Positions 50,301 to 62,300 of a DNA stretch of 64,000 bases are shown here, in pieces (within the stretch, counting starts at the first letter, position 1; every line of letters begins with the position of its first letter). Source of the stretch: Takakia lepidozioides (Eukaryota; Plantae; Bryophyta); assembly GCA_030704615.1 (NCBI GenBank), contig CM060731.1:38750001-38814000 (forward strand). Reading direction: 5' to 3'. The notes beneath the pieces are model-generated. The model did not search any database and had not been told where the DNA came from. It was given only the letters and a program-made list of their open reading frames with translations. The translations under genes were made by a program, and so were the position numbers.

Positions 50301-53300
50301 CTCGGGTTCTTCGGGTTCAACGGCGGCCTCCTGAACAGCAGTAGGCGGCGCAAGCTCTGTGTCCTTCTCGGGAGCAAGATGTTCAAGTTCAGGGTCAAGC
50401 TCCTTTGGTTCATATTCAAGGGCTTCCTCAACCGGTTCCTCCTCCACGGGGGCTGGTTCCCTCTCCACTACCAGCTTTGCAAGCGCTTCAGGCTTGAGGT
50501 CCCTTGCTTCTTCATGGACAGGTGCAACCGCCTGTTCTTCCAACTTGGCATCCTGAACCTCAACAATGTCGGGAGTGGCAGGCGCTGCTTCCTCCTCCGC
50601 CGGGACTAGATCAGCGGGTGGCAATGGTTCAGCAACCTCCTCGACCAGCTCCTTCTCGTTGGCGTCTGGCCGCGCTATTACCTCACTTACCTCTGGCTCG
50701 GGGTCATCTGGTTCACCGGCGGCCTCGTCAACAGCGGCATACAGCGCAGGCTCCGCCTCATTCTCTGGAGCAAGTTCAAGTTCAGGGTCAATCTCCTTTG
50801 GTTCAGATTCCAGGGCTTGCTCAACCGGTTCCTCCTCCACGGGTGCTGGTTCCCTCTGCGCTACCAGCTCTGCAAACGCTTCAGGCTCGAGGTCCCTGGC
50901 TTCTTCATGGACAGGTGCAACGGGCTCTTCTTCCAACTTGGCATCATGATCCTCAACAATGTCGGGGGTGGCAGGTGCTGCTTCCTCCTCCGCCGGTACT
51001 AGATTAGTGGGTGGCAATGGTTCAGCAACCTCCTCGACCAGCTCCTTCTCCTCGGCCTCTGGCGGCCCTATTAACTCACTTACCTCCGGCTCGGGTTCTT
51101 CTGGTTCGACGGCGGCCTCCTCAACAGCGGCAAGCGACGCAGGCTTCGTCTCCTTCTCGGGAGCAAGTTCAAGTTCAGGGTCAAGCTCCTTTGTTTCAGC
51201 TTCCGGGGCTTCCTCAACCGGTTCCTCCTTCACTGGGGCTGGTTCCCTCTCTGCTACCAGTTTTGCAAGCGCTTCAGGCCTGAGGTCCCTTGCTTCTTCA
51301 CGGACTGGTGCAATGGGCTCTTCTTCCAACTTGGCATCGTGATTCTCAACAATGTCTGGGGTGGCAGGTGCTGCTTCCTCCTCCGCCTGTACTAGATTAG
51401 TGGGTGGCAATGGTTCAGCAACCTTCTCCACCAGCTCCTTCGCCTCGGCCTCTGGTGGTTCTATTACCTCACTTACCTTGGTCTTGGGCTCTTCCGGTTC
51501 AACGGCGGCCTCCTCAATAGCGGCAGGCAAGGCATGCTCGGTCCTCCTCTCGGGAGCAAGTGCAGGTGCAGGGTCAAGCTCCTTTGATTCATATTCAGGG
51601 GCTTCCTCAACCGGTTCCTCCTCCACGGGGGCTGGTTCCCTCTCCTCTACAAGCTCTGCAAGCGCTTCAGGCCCGAGGTCCCTTGCTTCTTCATAGACAG
51701 GTGCAACGGGCTCTTCTTCCAAGTTGGCATCCTGATCCTCAACCAGTTTAACAATATCGGGGGTGGCAGGCGCTGCTTCCTCCTCCCCGGCAACCTCTAC
51801 AAGCTGCTCCTTTTCCTCGGCCTTTGGAGGTGCAAGTACATCAGTGACCTCCTCCGGCTCGGGTTCTTCGGGTTCAACGGCAGCCTCCTCAACAGCAGTA
51901 GGCGGCGTAAGCTCTGTGTCCTTCTCGGGAGCAAGATGTTCAAGTTCAGAGTCAAGTTCCTTTGGTTCATATTCCGGGGATTCCTCAACCGGTTCCTCCT
52001 CCACTGGGGCTGGTTCCCTGTCCGCTACCAGCTCTGCAAGCGCTTCAGGCTCGAGGTCCTTGCTTCCATGGACAGGTGCAACCGCCTGTTCTTCCAACTT
52101 GGCATCCTGAACCTCAAAAATGTCGGGGGTGGCAGGCGATGCTTCCTCCTCCGCCGGGACAAGATCAGCGGGTGGCAATGGTTCAGGAACCTCCTCCACC
52201 AGCTCCTTCTCCTTGGTCTCTTGCGGCACTAATAACTCACTTACCTCCGGCTCGGGTTCTTCTGGTTCGACGGCGGCCTCCTCAACAGCGGTAGGCGACG
52301 TAGGCTCAGTCTCCATCTGGGGGGCAAGTTCAAGTTTAGACTCAAGCTCCTTTGGTTCAGCTTCCGGGGCTTCCTCAACCGGTTCCCTCTCCACGAGGGC
52401 TGGTTCCCTCTCTGCTACCAGTTCTGCAAGCGCTTCAGGCCTGAGGTCCCTTGCTTCTTCACGGACATGTGCAACGGGCTCTTCTTCCAGCTTGGCATCG
52501 TGATCCTCAACAATGTCGGGGGTGGCAGGTGCGGCTTCCTCCCGCCGGTACTAGATTAGTGGGTGGCAATGGTTCAGCAACCTCCTCGACCAGCTCCTTC
52601 TCCTCGGCCTCTTGCGGCGCTATTAACTCACCTACCTCCGGCTCGGGTTGTTCTGGTTCGACGGCGGCCTCCTCAACAGCGGCACGCGATGCAGGCTTAG
52701 TCCCCTTCTCGGGAGCAAGTTCAAGTTCAGGGTCAAGCTCCTTTGGTTCAGCTTCCGGGGCTTCCTCAACCGGTTCCTCCTCCACGAGGGCGGGTTCCCT
52801 CTCTGCTACCAGTTCTGCAAGCGCTTCAGGCCTGAGGTCCCTTGCTTCTTCACGGACCGGTGCAACGGGCTCTTCTTCCAAATTGGCATCCTGATCCTCA
52901 CCAATGTCGGGGGTGGCAGGTGCTGCTTTCTCCTCCGCCGGTACTAGATTAGTGGGTGGCAATGGATCAGCAACCTTCTCCACCAGCTCCTTCTGCTCGG
53001 CCTCTGGTGGTGCTATTCCCTCACTTACCTTGGTCTCGGGTTGTTCTGGTTCGACGGCGGCCTCCTCAATAGCGGCAGGCAGGGCAGGCTCGGTCTCCTT
53101 CTCGGGAGCAAGTGCAAGTTTAGGGTCAAGCTCCTTTGGTTCATATTTAGGGGCTTTCTCAACCGGTTCCTCCTCCACGGGGGCTGGTTCCCTCTCCGCT
53201 ACAAGTTCTGCAAGCGCTTCAGGCCTGAGGTCCCTTGCTTCTTCACGGACAGGTGCAACGGGCTCTTCTTCCAACTTGGCATCGTGATCCTCAACAAGGT

Positions 53301-56300
53301 CGGGGGTGGCAGGTGCGGCTTCCTCCTCCGCCGGTACGAGATCAGTGGGTGGCAATGGTTCAACAACCTCCTCGACCAGCTCCTTCTCCTCGGCCTCTTG
53401 CGGCGCTATTAACTCACTTACCTCGGGCTCGGGTTCTTCTGGTTCGACGGCGGCCTCGTCAATAGCGGCAAGCGCCGCAGGCTTAGTCTCCTTCTCGGGA
53501 GCAAGTTCAAGTTCAGGGTCAAGCTCCTTTGGTTCAGCTTCCGGGGCTTCCTCAACCGGTTCCTCCTCCACGGGGGCTGGTTCCCTCTCTGCTACCAGTT
53601 CTGCAAGCGCTTCAGGCCTGAGGTCCCTTGCTTCTTCACGGACAGGTGCAACGGGCTCTTCTTCCAACTTGGCATCCTGATCCTCAACAATGTCGGGGTG
53701 GCAGGTGCTGCTCCTCCTCCGCCGGTACTAGATTAGTGGGTGGCAATGGTTCAGTAACCTCCTCGACCAGCTCCTTCTCCTCGGCCTTTGGGGGCGCTAT
53801 TCCCTCACTTACCTTTGTCTCAGGTTGTTCCGGTTCGACGGCGGCCTCCTCAATAGCGGCAGGCAGGGCAGGCTCGGTCTCCTTCTCTGGAGCAAGTGCA
53901 AGTTCAGGGTCAAGCTCCTTTGGTTCATATTCAGGGGCTTCCTCAACCGGTTTCTCCTCCACGGGGGCTAGTTCCCTCTCCGCTACAAGCTCTGCAAGCG
54001 CTTCAGGCCCGAGGTCCCTTGCTTCTTCATAGACAGGTGCAACGGGCTCTTCTTCCAAATTGGCATCCTGATCCTCAACCGGTTTAACAATATCGGGGGT
54101 GGCAGGCGCTGCTTCCTCCTCCGCGGCAACCTCTACAACCTGTTCCTTTTCCTCGGCCTTTGGAGGTGCAAGTACATCAGTGACCTCCTCCGGCTCGGGT
54201 TCTTCGGGTTCAGCTGCAGCCTCCTCAACAGCAGTAGGCGGCGCAAGCTCTGTGTCCTTTTCGGGAGCAAGATGTTGATGTTCAGGGTCAAGCTCCTTTG
54301 GTTTATATTCCGGGGCATCCTCAACCGGTTCCTCCTCCACTAGGGCTGGTTCCCTCTCCACTACCAGCTCTGCAAGCGCTTCAGGCTCGAGGTCCCTTGC
54401 TTCTTCATGGACAGGTGCAACCGCCTGTTCTTCCAACTTGGCATCCTGAACCTCAACATTGTCGGGGGTGGCAGGCGCTGCTTCCTCCTCTGCCGGGACT
54501 AGATCAGCGGGTGGCAATGGTTCAGCAACGTCCTCGACCAGGTTCTTCTCCTCGGCCTTTTGCGGCGCTATTATCTCACTTACCTCTGGCTCGGGTTCTT
54601 CTGGTTCGACGGCGGCCTCCTCAACAGCGGCAGGCGACGCAGGCTTAGTCTCCTTCTCGGGAGCAAGTTCAAGTTCAGGCTCAAGCTCCTTTGGTTCAGA
54701 TTCCGGGGCATCCTCAATTTTGGGGGCGGCAGGCGCTGCTTCGTCCTTCGCCGCATCACCTTCCACCAGCTCCTTTTCCTTGGCCTTTGGCGGTGCAAGT
54801 ACATTAGTGACCTCGGGCTCGGGTTCTTCGGATTCAACGACGGCCTGCTCAACACCAACAGGCGGCGCAGGCTCGGTCTCTTTCTCGGGAGCAAGCTGTT
54901 CAAGTTCAGGCTCAAGCACCTTTGGTTCAGATTCTGGGGCTTCCTCAACCGGTTCCTCCTCCACGTGGGCTGGATCCCTCTCTGCTACCAGCTCTGCAAG
55001 CGCTTCAGGATGGAGGTCTCTTGCGTCTTCATGGACAGGTGCAACGGGCTCTTCTTCCAACTTGGCATCATGATCCTCAACAATGTAGGTGGTGGCAGGC
55101 GTTGCTTCCTCCTCCGCCGGAACAAGATCAGCGGGAGGCGATTGTTCAGCAACCTCCTCCACCAACTTCTTTTCCTCAAGCTCATTTGGTTCAAATTCCG
55201 GGGCTTCCTCAACCGGTTCCTCCTCCACGGGGGATGGTTCCCTCTCCGCTACCAGCTCTGCAAGCGCTTCACGCTCGAGGTCCCTTGCTTCTTCATGGAC
55301 ACGTGGAATGGGCTCTTCTTCCAACTTGGCATCATGATCCTCAACAATATTGGGGGTGGCAGGCGCTGCTTCCTCCTCCGCCGGGACTAGGTCAGCGGGT
55401 GGCAATGGTTCAGCAACCTCCTCCACCAGCTCCTTCTCCTCCGCCTCGGGCGGCGCTATTACCTCACTTACCTCCGGCTTGGGTTCTTCGGGTTCAAAGG
55501 CGGCCTCCTCAACAGCGGCATGCAGCGCAGGCTCCGTCTCCTTCTCGGGAGCAATTTGAAATTGAGGCTGAAGCTCCTTTGGTTCAGATTCCGGGGCTTC
55601 CTCAACCGATTCCTCCTCCACGGGGGTTGATTCCCTCTCCACTGCGTGATCTGGAAGCGCTTCGGGCTGGAGGTCCCTTGCTTCTTTATGGACAGGTGCA
55701 ACGGGCTCTTCTTCCAACATGGCAACGTGATCCTCAACAATGTCAGTGGTGGCAGGTGCTACTTCCTCCTCCGCCGGTACGAGATTAGTGGGTGGCAATG
55801 GTTCAGCAACCTCCTCGACCAGCTCCTTCACCTCGGCCTTGGGTGGCGCTATTACCTCACTTACCTTCGGCTCGGGTTCTTCCGGTTCGACGGCGGCCTC
55901 CTCAATAGCGGCAGGCAGGGCAGGCTCGGTCTCCTTCTCGGGAGCAAGTGCAAGTTCAGGGTCAAGCTCCTTTGGTTCATATTTAGGGGCTTCCTCAACC
56001 GGTTCCTCCTCCACGGGGGCTGGTTCCCTCTCCGTTACTAGCTCTGCAAGCGCTTCAGGCCCGAGGTCCCTTGCTTCTTCATAGTCAGGTGCAACAGGCT
56101 CTTCCTCCAACTTGGTATCCTTATCCTCAACAATGTTGGGGGTGGCAGGCGCTGCTTCCTCCTCCGCCGGGACTAGATCAGCGGGTGGCACTGGTTCAGC
56201 AACCTCCTCAACCAGCTCCTTCTCCTCAGCCTCTGGCGGCGCTATTACCTCACTTACCTCCGGCTCGGGTTCTTCCGGTTCCACAGCGGCCTCCTCAACA

Positions 56301-59300
56301 ACGGCATGGAGCGCAAGCTCAGTCTTGTTCTCGGGAGCAAGTTGAAGTTCAGACTCAAGCTCCTTTGGTTCAGCTTCCGGGGCTTCCTCAACCGGTTCCT
56401 CCTCCACTGGGGCTGGTTCCTTCTCCTCGGCCTCTTGCGGCGCTATTAACTCACTTACCTCCGGCTCGGGTTGTTCTGGTTCGACGGCGGCCTCCTCAGC
56501 AGCGGCACGCGATGCAGGCTTAGTCTCCTTCTCGGGAGCAAGTTCAAGTTCAGGGTCAAGCTCCTTTGGTTCAGCTTCCGGGGCTTCCTGAACCGGTTCC
56601 TCCTCCACTGGGGCTGGTTCCCTCTCTGCTACCAGTTCTGCAAGCGCTTCAGGCCTGAGGTCCCTTGCTTCTTCACGGACAGGTGCAACGGGCTCTTCTT
56701 CCAACTTGGCATCCTGATCCTCACCAATGTCGGGGGTGGCAGGTGCTGCTTCCTCCTCCGCCGGTACTAGATTAGTGGGTGGCAATGGTTCAGCAACCTC
56801 CTCGACCAGCTCCTTCTCCTCGGCCTCTTGCGGCGCTATTAACTCACTTACCTCCGGCTCGGGTTCTTCTAATTCGACGGCGGCCTCCTCAACAGCGGCA
56901 GGCGACGCAGGCTCACTCTCCTTCTCGGGAGCAAGTTCAAGTTCAGACTCAAGCTCCTTTGGTTCAGCTTCCGGGGCTTCCTCAACAGGTTCCTTCTCCA
57001 CTGGGGCTGGTTCCCTCTCTGCTATCACTTCTGCAAGCGCTTCAGGCCTGAGGTCCCTTGCTTCTTCACGGACCGGTGCAACGGGCTCTTCTTCCAAATT
57101 GGCATCCTGATCCTCAACAATGTCGGGGGTGGCAGGTGCTGCTTCCTCCTCCGCCGGTACTAGATTAGTGGGTGGCAATGGTTCAGCAACCTCCTCGACC
57201 AGCTCCTTCTCCTCGGCCTCTGGTGGTGCTATTCCCTCACTTACCTTGGTCTCGGGTTGTTCTGGCTCGACGGCGGCCTCCTCAATAGCGGCAGGCAGGG
57301 CAGGCTCGGTCTCCTTCTCGGGAGCAAGTGCAAGTTCAGGGTCAAGCTCCTTTGGTTCATATTCAGGGGCTTGCTCAACCGGTTCCTCCTCCACGGGGGC
57401 TGGTTCCCTCTCCGCTACAAGCTCTGCAAGCGCTTCAGGCCCGAGGTCCCTTGCTTCATAGACAGGTGCAACGGGCTCTTCTTCCAAATTGGCATCCTGA
57501 TCCTCAACCGGTTTAACAATATCGGGGGTGGCAGGCGCTGCTTCCTCCTCCGCGGCAACCTCTACAAGCTGCTCCTTTTCCTCGGCCTTTGGAGGTGCAA
57601 GTACATCAATGACCTCCTCCGGCTCGGGTTCTTCGGGTTCAACGGCGGCCTCCTCAACAGCAATAGGCAGCGCAAGCTCTGTATCCTTCTCGGGAGCAAG
57701 ATGTTCAAGTTCAGGGTCAAGCTCCTTTGGTTCATATTCCGGGGCTTCCTCAACCGGTTCCTCCTCCACGGGGGCTGGTTCCCTCTCTGCTACCAGCTCT
57801 GCAAGCGCTTCAGGCTCGAGGTCCCTTGCTTCTTCATGGACAGGTGCAACCGCCTGTTCTTCCAACCTGGCATCCTGAACCTCAACAATGTCGGGGGTGG
57901 CAGGTGCTGCTTCCTCCTCCGCTTGGACAAGATCAGCGGGTGGCAATGGTTCAGCAACCTCCTCGACCAGCTCCTTCTCCTCGGCCTCTTGCGGCCCTAT
58001 TAACTCACTTTCCTCCGGCTCGGGTTCATCTGGTTCGACGGCGGCCTCCTCAACAGCGGCAGGCGACGCAGGCTCAGTCTCCTTCTCGGGAGCAAGTTCA
58101 AGTTCAGACTCAAGCTCCTTTGGTTCAGCTTCCGGGGCGTCCTCAACCAGTTCCTCCTCCACTGGGGCTGGTTCCCTCTCTGCTACCAGTTCTGCAAGCG
58201 CTTCAGGCCTGAGGTCCCTTGCTTCTTCATGGACAGGTGCAACCGCCTGTTCTTCCAACTTGGCATCCTGAACCTCAACAATGTCGGGGGTGGCAGGCGC
58301 TGCTTCCTCCTCCGCCGGGACAAGATCAGCGGGTGGCAATGGTTCAGCAACCTCCTCGACCAGCTCCTTCTCCTCGGCCTCTTGCGGCCCTATTAACTCA
58401 CTTACCTCCAGCTCGGGTTCTTCTGGTTCGACGGCGGCCTCCTCAACAACGGCAGGCGACGCAGGCTCAGTCTCCTTCTCGGGAGCAAGTTCAAGTTCAG
58501 ACTCAAGCTCCTTTGGTTCAGCTTCCGGGGCTTCCTCAACCGGTTCCTCCTCCACTAGGGCTGGTTCCGTCTGTACTACTTGTTCTCCAAGCGCTTCAGG
58601 CCTGAGGTCCCTTGCTTCTTCACGGACAGGTGCAACGGGCTCTTCTTCCAACTTGGCATCCTGATCCTCACTAATGTCGGGGGTGGCAGGTGCTGCTTCC
58701 TCCTCCGCCGGAACTAGATTAGTGGGTGGCGATGGTTCAACAACCTCCTCCACCAGCTCCTTCTCCTCGGCCTCTTGCGGCACTATTACCTCACTTACCT
58801 CCGGCTCGGGTTCTTCCGGTTCCACAGCGGCCTCCTCGGCATGCAGCGCAAGCTCAGTCTCGTTCTCGGGAGCAAGTTTAAGTTCAGACTCAAGCTCCTT
58901 TGGTTCAGCTTCCGGGGCTTCCTTAACCGGTTCCTCCTCCACTGGGGCTGGTTCCCTCTCTGCTACCAGTTCTGCAAGCGCTTCAGGCCTGAGGTCCCTT
59001 GCTTCTTCACGGACCGGTGCAACGAGCTCTTCTTCCAAATTGGCATCCTGATCCTCAACAATGTCGGGGGTGGCAGGTGCGGCTTCCGCCTCCGCCGGTA
59101 CTAGATTAGTGGGTGGCAATGGTTCAGCAACCTCCTCGACCAGCTCCTTCTCCTCGGCCTCTTGCGGCGCTATTAACTCACTTACCTCCGGCTCGGGTTC
59201 TTCTGGTTCGACGGCGGCCTCGTCAACAGCGGCAGGCGACGCACGCTCACTCTCCTTCTCGGGAGCAAGTTCAAGTTCAGACTCAAGCTCCTTTGGTTCA

Positions 59301-62300
59301 GCTTCCGGGGCTTCCTCAACCGGTTCCTCCTCCACTAGGGCTGGTTCCCCCTCTGCTACTTGTTCTGCAAGCGCTTCAGGCCTGAGGTCCCTTGCTTCTT
59401 CACGGACAGGTGCAACCGCCTGTTCCTCCAACTTGGCATCCTGAACCTCAACAATGTCGGGGGTGGCAGGCGCTGCTTCCTCTTCCGCCGGGACAATATC
59501 AGCGGGTGGCAATGGTTCAGCAACCTCCTCGACCAGCTCCTTCTCCTCGGCTTCTTGCGGCCCTATTAACTCACGTACCTCCGGCTCGGGTTCATCTGGT
59601 TCGACGGCGGCCTCCTCAACAGCGGCAGGCGACGCAGGCTCAGTCTCCTTCTCGGGAGCAAGTTCAAGTTCAGACTCAAGCTCCTTTGGTTCAGCTTCCG
59701 GGGCTTCCTCAACCGGTTCCTCCTCCACGAGGGCTAGCTCCCTCTCTGCTACCACCTCTCCAAGCGCTTCAGGCCTGAGGTCCCTTGCTTCTTCATGGAC
59801 AGGTGCAACGGGCTCTTCTTCCAACTTGGCATCCTGATCCTCACCAATGTCGGGGGTGGCAGGTGCTGCTTCCTCCTCCGCCGGCACTAGATTAGTGGGT
59901 GGCAATGGTTCAGCAACCTCCTCGACCAGCTCCTTCTCCTCGGCCTCTTGCGGCGCTATTAACTCACTTACCTCCGGCTCGGGTTCTTCTAATTCGACGG
60001 CGGCGTCCTCAACAACGGCAGGCGACGCAGGCTCTCTCTTCTTCTCGGGAGCAAGTTCCAAATCAGACTCAAGCTCCTTTGGTTCAGCTTCCTGGGCTTC
60101 CTCAACCGGTTCCTCCTCCACTGGGGCTGGTTCCCTCTCTGCTACCAGTTTTGCAAGCGCTTCAGGCCTGAGGTCCCTTGCTTCCTCATAGACAGGTGCA
60201 ACGGGCTCTTCTTCAAAATTGGCATCCTGATCCTCAACAATGTCGGGGGTGGCAGGTGCTGCTTCCTCCTCCGCCGGTACTAGATTAGTGGGTTGCAATG
60301 GTTCAGTAACCTCCTCGACCAGCTCCTTCTCCTCGGCCTCTGGTGGTGCTATTCCCTCACTTACCTTGGTCTCGGGTTGTTCTGGTTCGACGGCGGCCTC
60401 CTCAATAGCGGCAGGCAGGGCAGGCTCGGTCTCCTTCTCGGGAGCAAGTGCAAGTTCAGGGTCAAGCTCCTTTGGTTCATATTCAGGGGCTTCCTCAACC
60501 GGTTCCTCCTCCACGGGGGCTGGTTCCCTCTCCGCTACAAGCTCTGCAAGCGCTTCAGGCCCGAGGTCCCTTGCTTCTTCATAGACAGGTGCAACGGGCT
60601 CTTCTTCCAAATTGGCATCTTGATCCTCAACCGGTTTAACAATATCGTGGGTGGCAGGTGCTGCTTCCTCCTCCGCGGCAACCTCTACAAGCTGCTCCTT
60701 TTCCTCGGCCTTTGGAGGTGCAAGTACATCAGTGACCTCCTCCGGCTCGGGTTCTTCGGGTTCAACGGCGGCCTCCTCAACAGCAATAGGCGGCGCAAGC
60801 TCTGTGTCCTTCTCTGGAGCAAGATGTTCAAGTTCAGGGTCAAGCTCCTTTGGTTCATATTCCGGGGATTCCTCAACCGGTTCCTCCTCCACAGGGGCTG
60901 GTTCCCCCTCCGCTACCAGCTCTGCAAGCGCTTCAGGCTCAAGGTCCCTTACTTCTTCATGGACAGGTGCAACCGCCTGTTTTTCCAACTTGGCATCCTG
61001 AACCTCAACAATGTCGGGGGTGGCAGGCGCTGCTTCCTCCTCCGCCGGGACAAGATCAGCGGGTGGCAATGGTTCAGCAACCTCCTCCACCAGCTCCTTC
61101 TCCTCGGCCTCTTGCGGCCCTATTAACTCACTTACCTCCGGCTCGGGTTCATCTGGTTCGACGGCGGCCTCCTCAACAGCGGCAGGCGACGCAGGCTCAG
61201 TCTCCTTCTCGGGAGCAAGTTCGAGTTCAGACTCAAGCTCCTTTGGTTCAGCTTCCGGGGCGTCCTCAACCGGTTCCTCCTCCACGAGGGCAAGTTCCCT
61301 CTCTGCTACCAGTTCTGCAAGCGCTTCAGGCCTGAGGTCCCTTGCTTCTTCACGGACAGGTGCAACGGGCTCTTCTTCCAACTTGGCATCCTGATCCTCA
61401 CCAATGTCGGGGTGGCAGGTGCTGCTTCCTCCTCCGCCGGTACTAGATTAGGGGGTGGCAATGGTTCAGCAACCTCCTCGACCAGCTCCTTCTCCTCGGC
61501 CTCTTGCGGCGCTATTAACTCACTTACCTCCGGCTCGGGTTCTTCTGGTTCGACGGCGGCCTCCTCAACAGCGGCAGGCGACGCAGGCTCACTCTCCTTC
61601 TCGGGAGCAAGTTCAAGTTCAGACTCAAGCTCCTTTGGTTCAGCTTCCGGGCTTCCTCAACCGGTTCCTCCTCCACTAGGGCTGGTTCCGTCTGTACTAC
61701 TTGTTCTCCAAGCGCTTCAGGCCTGAGGTCCCTTGCTTCTTCACGGACAGGTGCAACGGGCTCTTCTTCCAACTTGGCATCCTGATCCTCACCAATGTCG
61801 GGGGTGGCAGGTGCTGCTTCCTCCTCCGCCGGTACTAGATTAGTGGGTGGCAATGGTTCAGCAACCTCCTCGACCAGCTCCTTCTCCTCGGCCTCTTGCG
61901 GCGCTATTAACTCACTTACCTCCGGCTCGGGTTCTTCTGGTTCGACGGTGGCCTCCTCAACAGCGGCAGGCGACGAAGGCTCACTCTCCTTCTTGGGAGC
62001 AAATTCAAGTTCAGACTCAAGCTCCTTTGGTTCAGCTTCCGGGGCTTCCTCATCCGGTTCCTCCTCCACTGTGGCTGGTTCCCTCTCTGCTACCAGTTCT
62101 ACAAGCGCTTCATGCCTGAGGTCCCTTCCTTCTTCACGGATAGGTGCAACGGGCTCTTCTTCCAACTTGGCATCGTGATCCTCAACAAAGTCGGGGGTGG
62201 CAGGGGTTGCTTCCTCTTCCGCCGGTACTAGATTAGTGGGTGGCAATGGTTCAGCAACCTCCTCGACCAGCTCCTTCTCCTCGGCCTCTGGTGGCGCTAT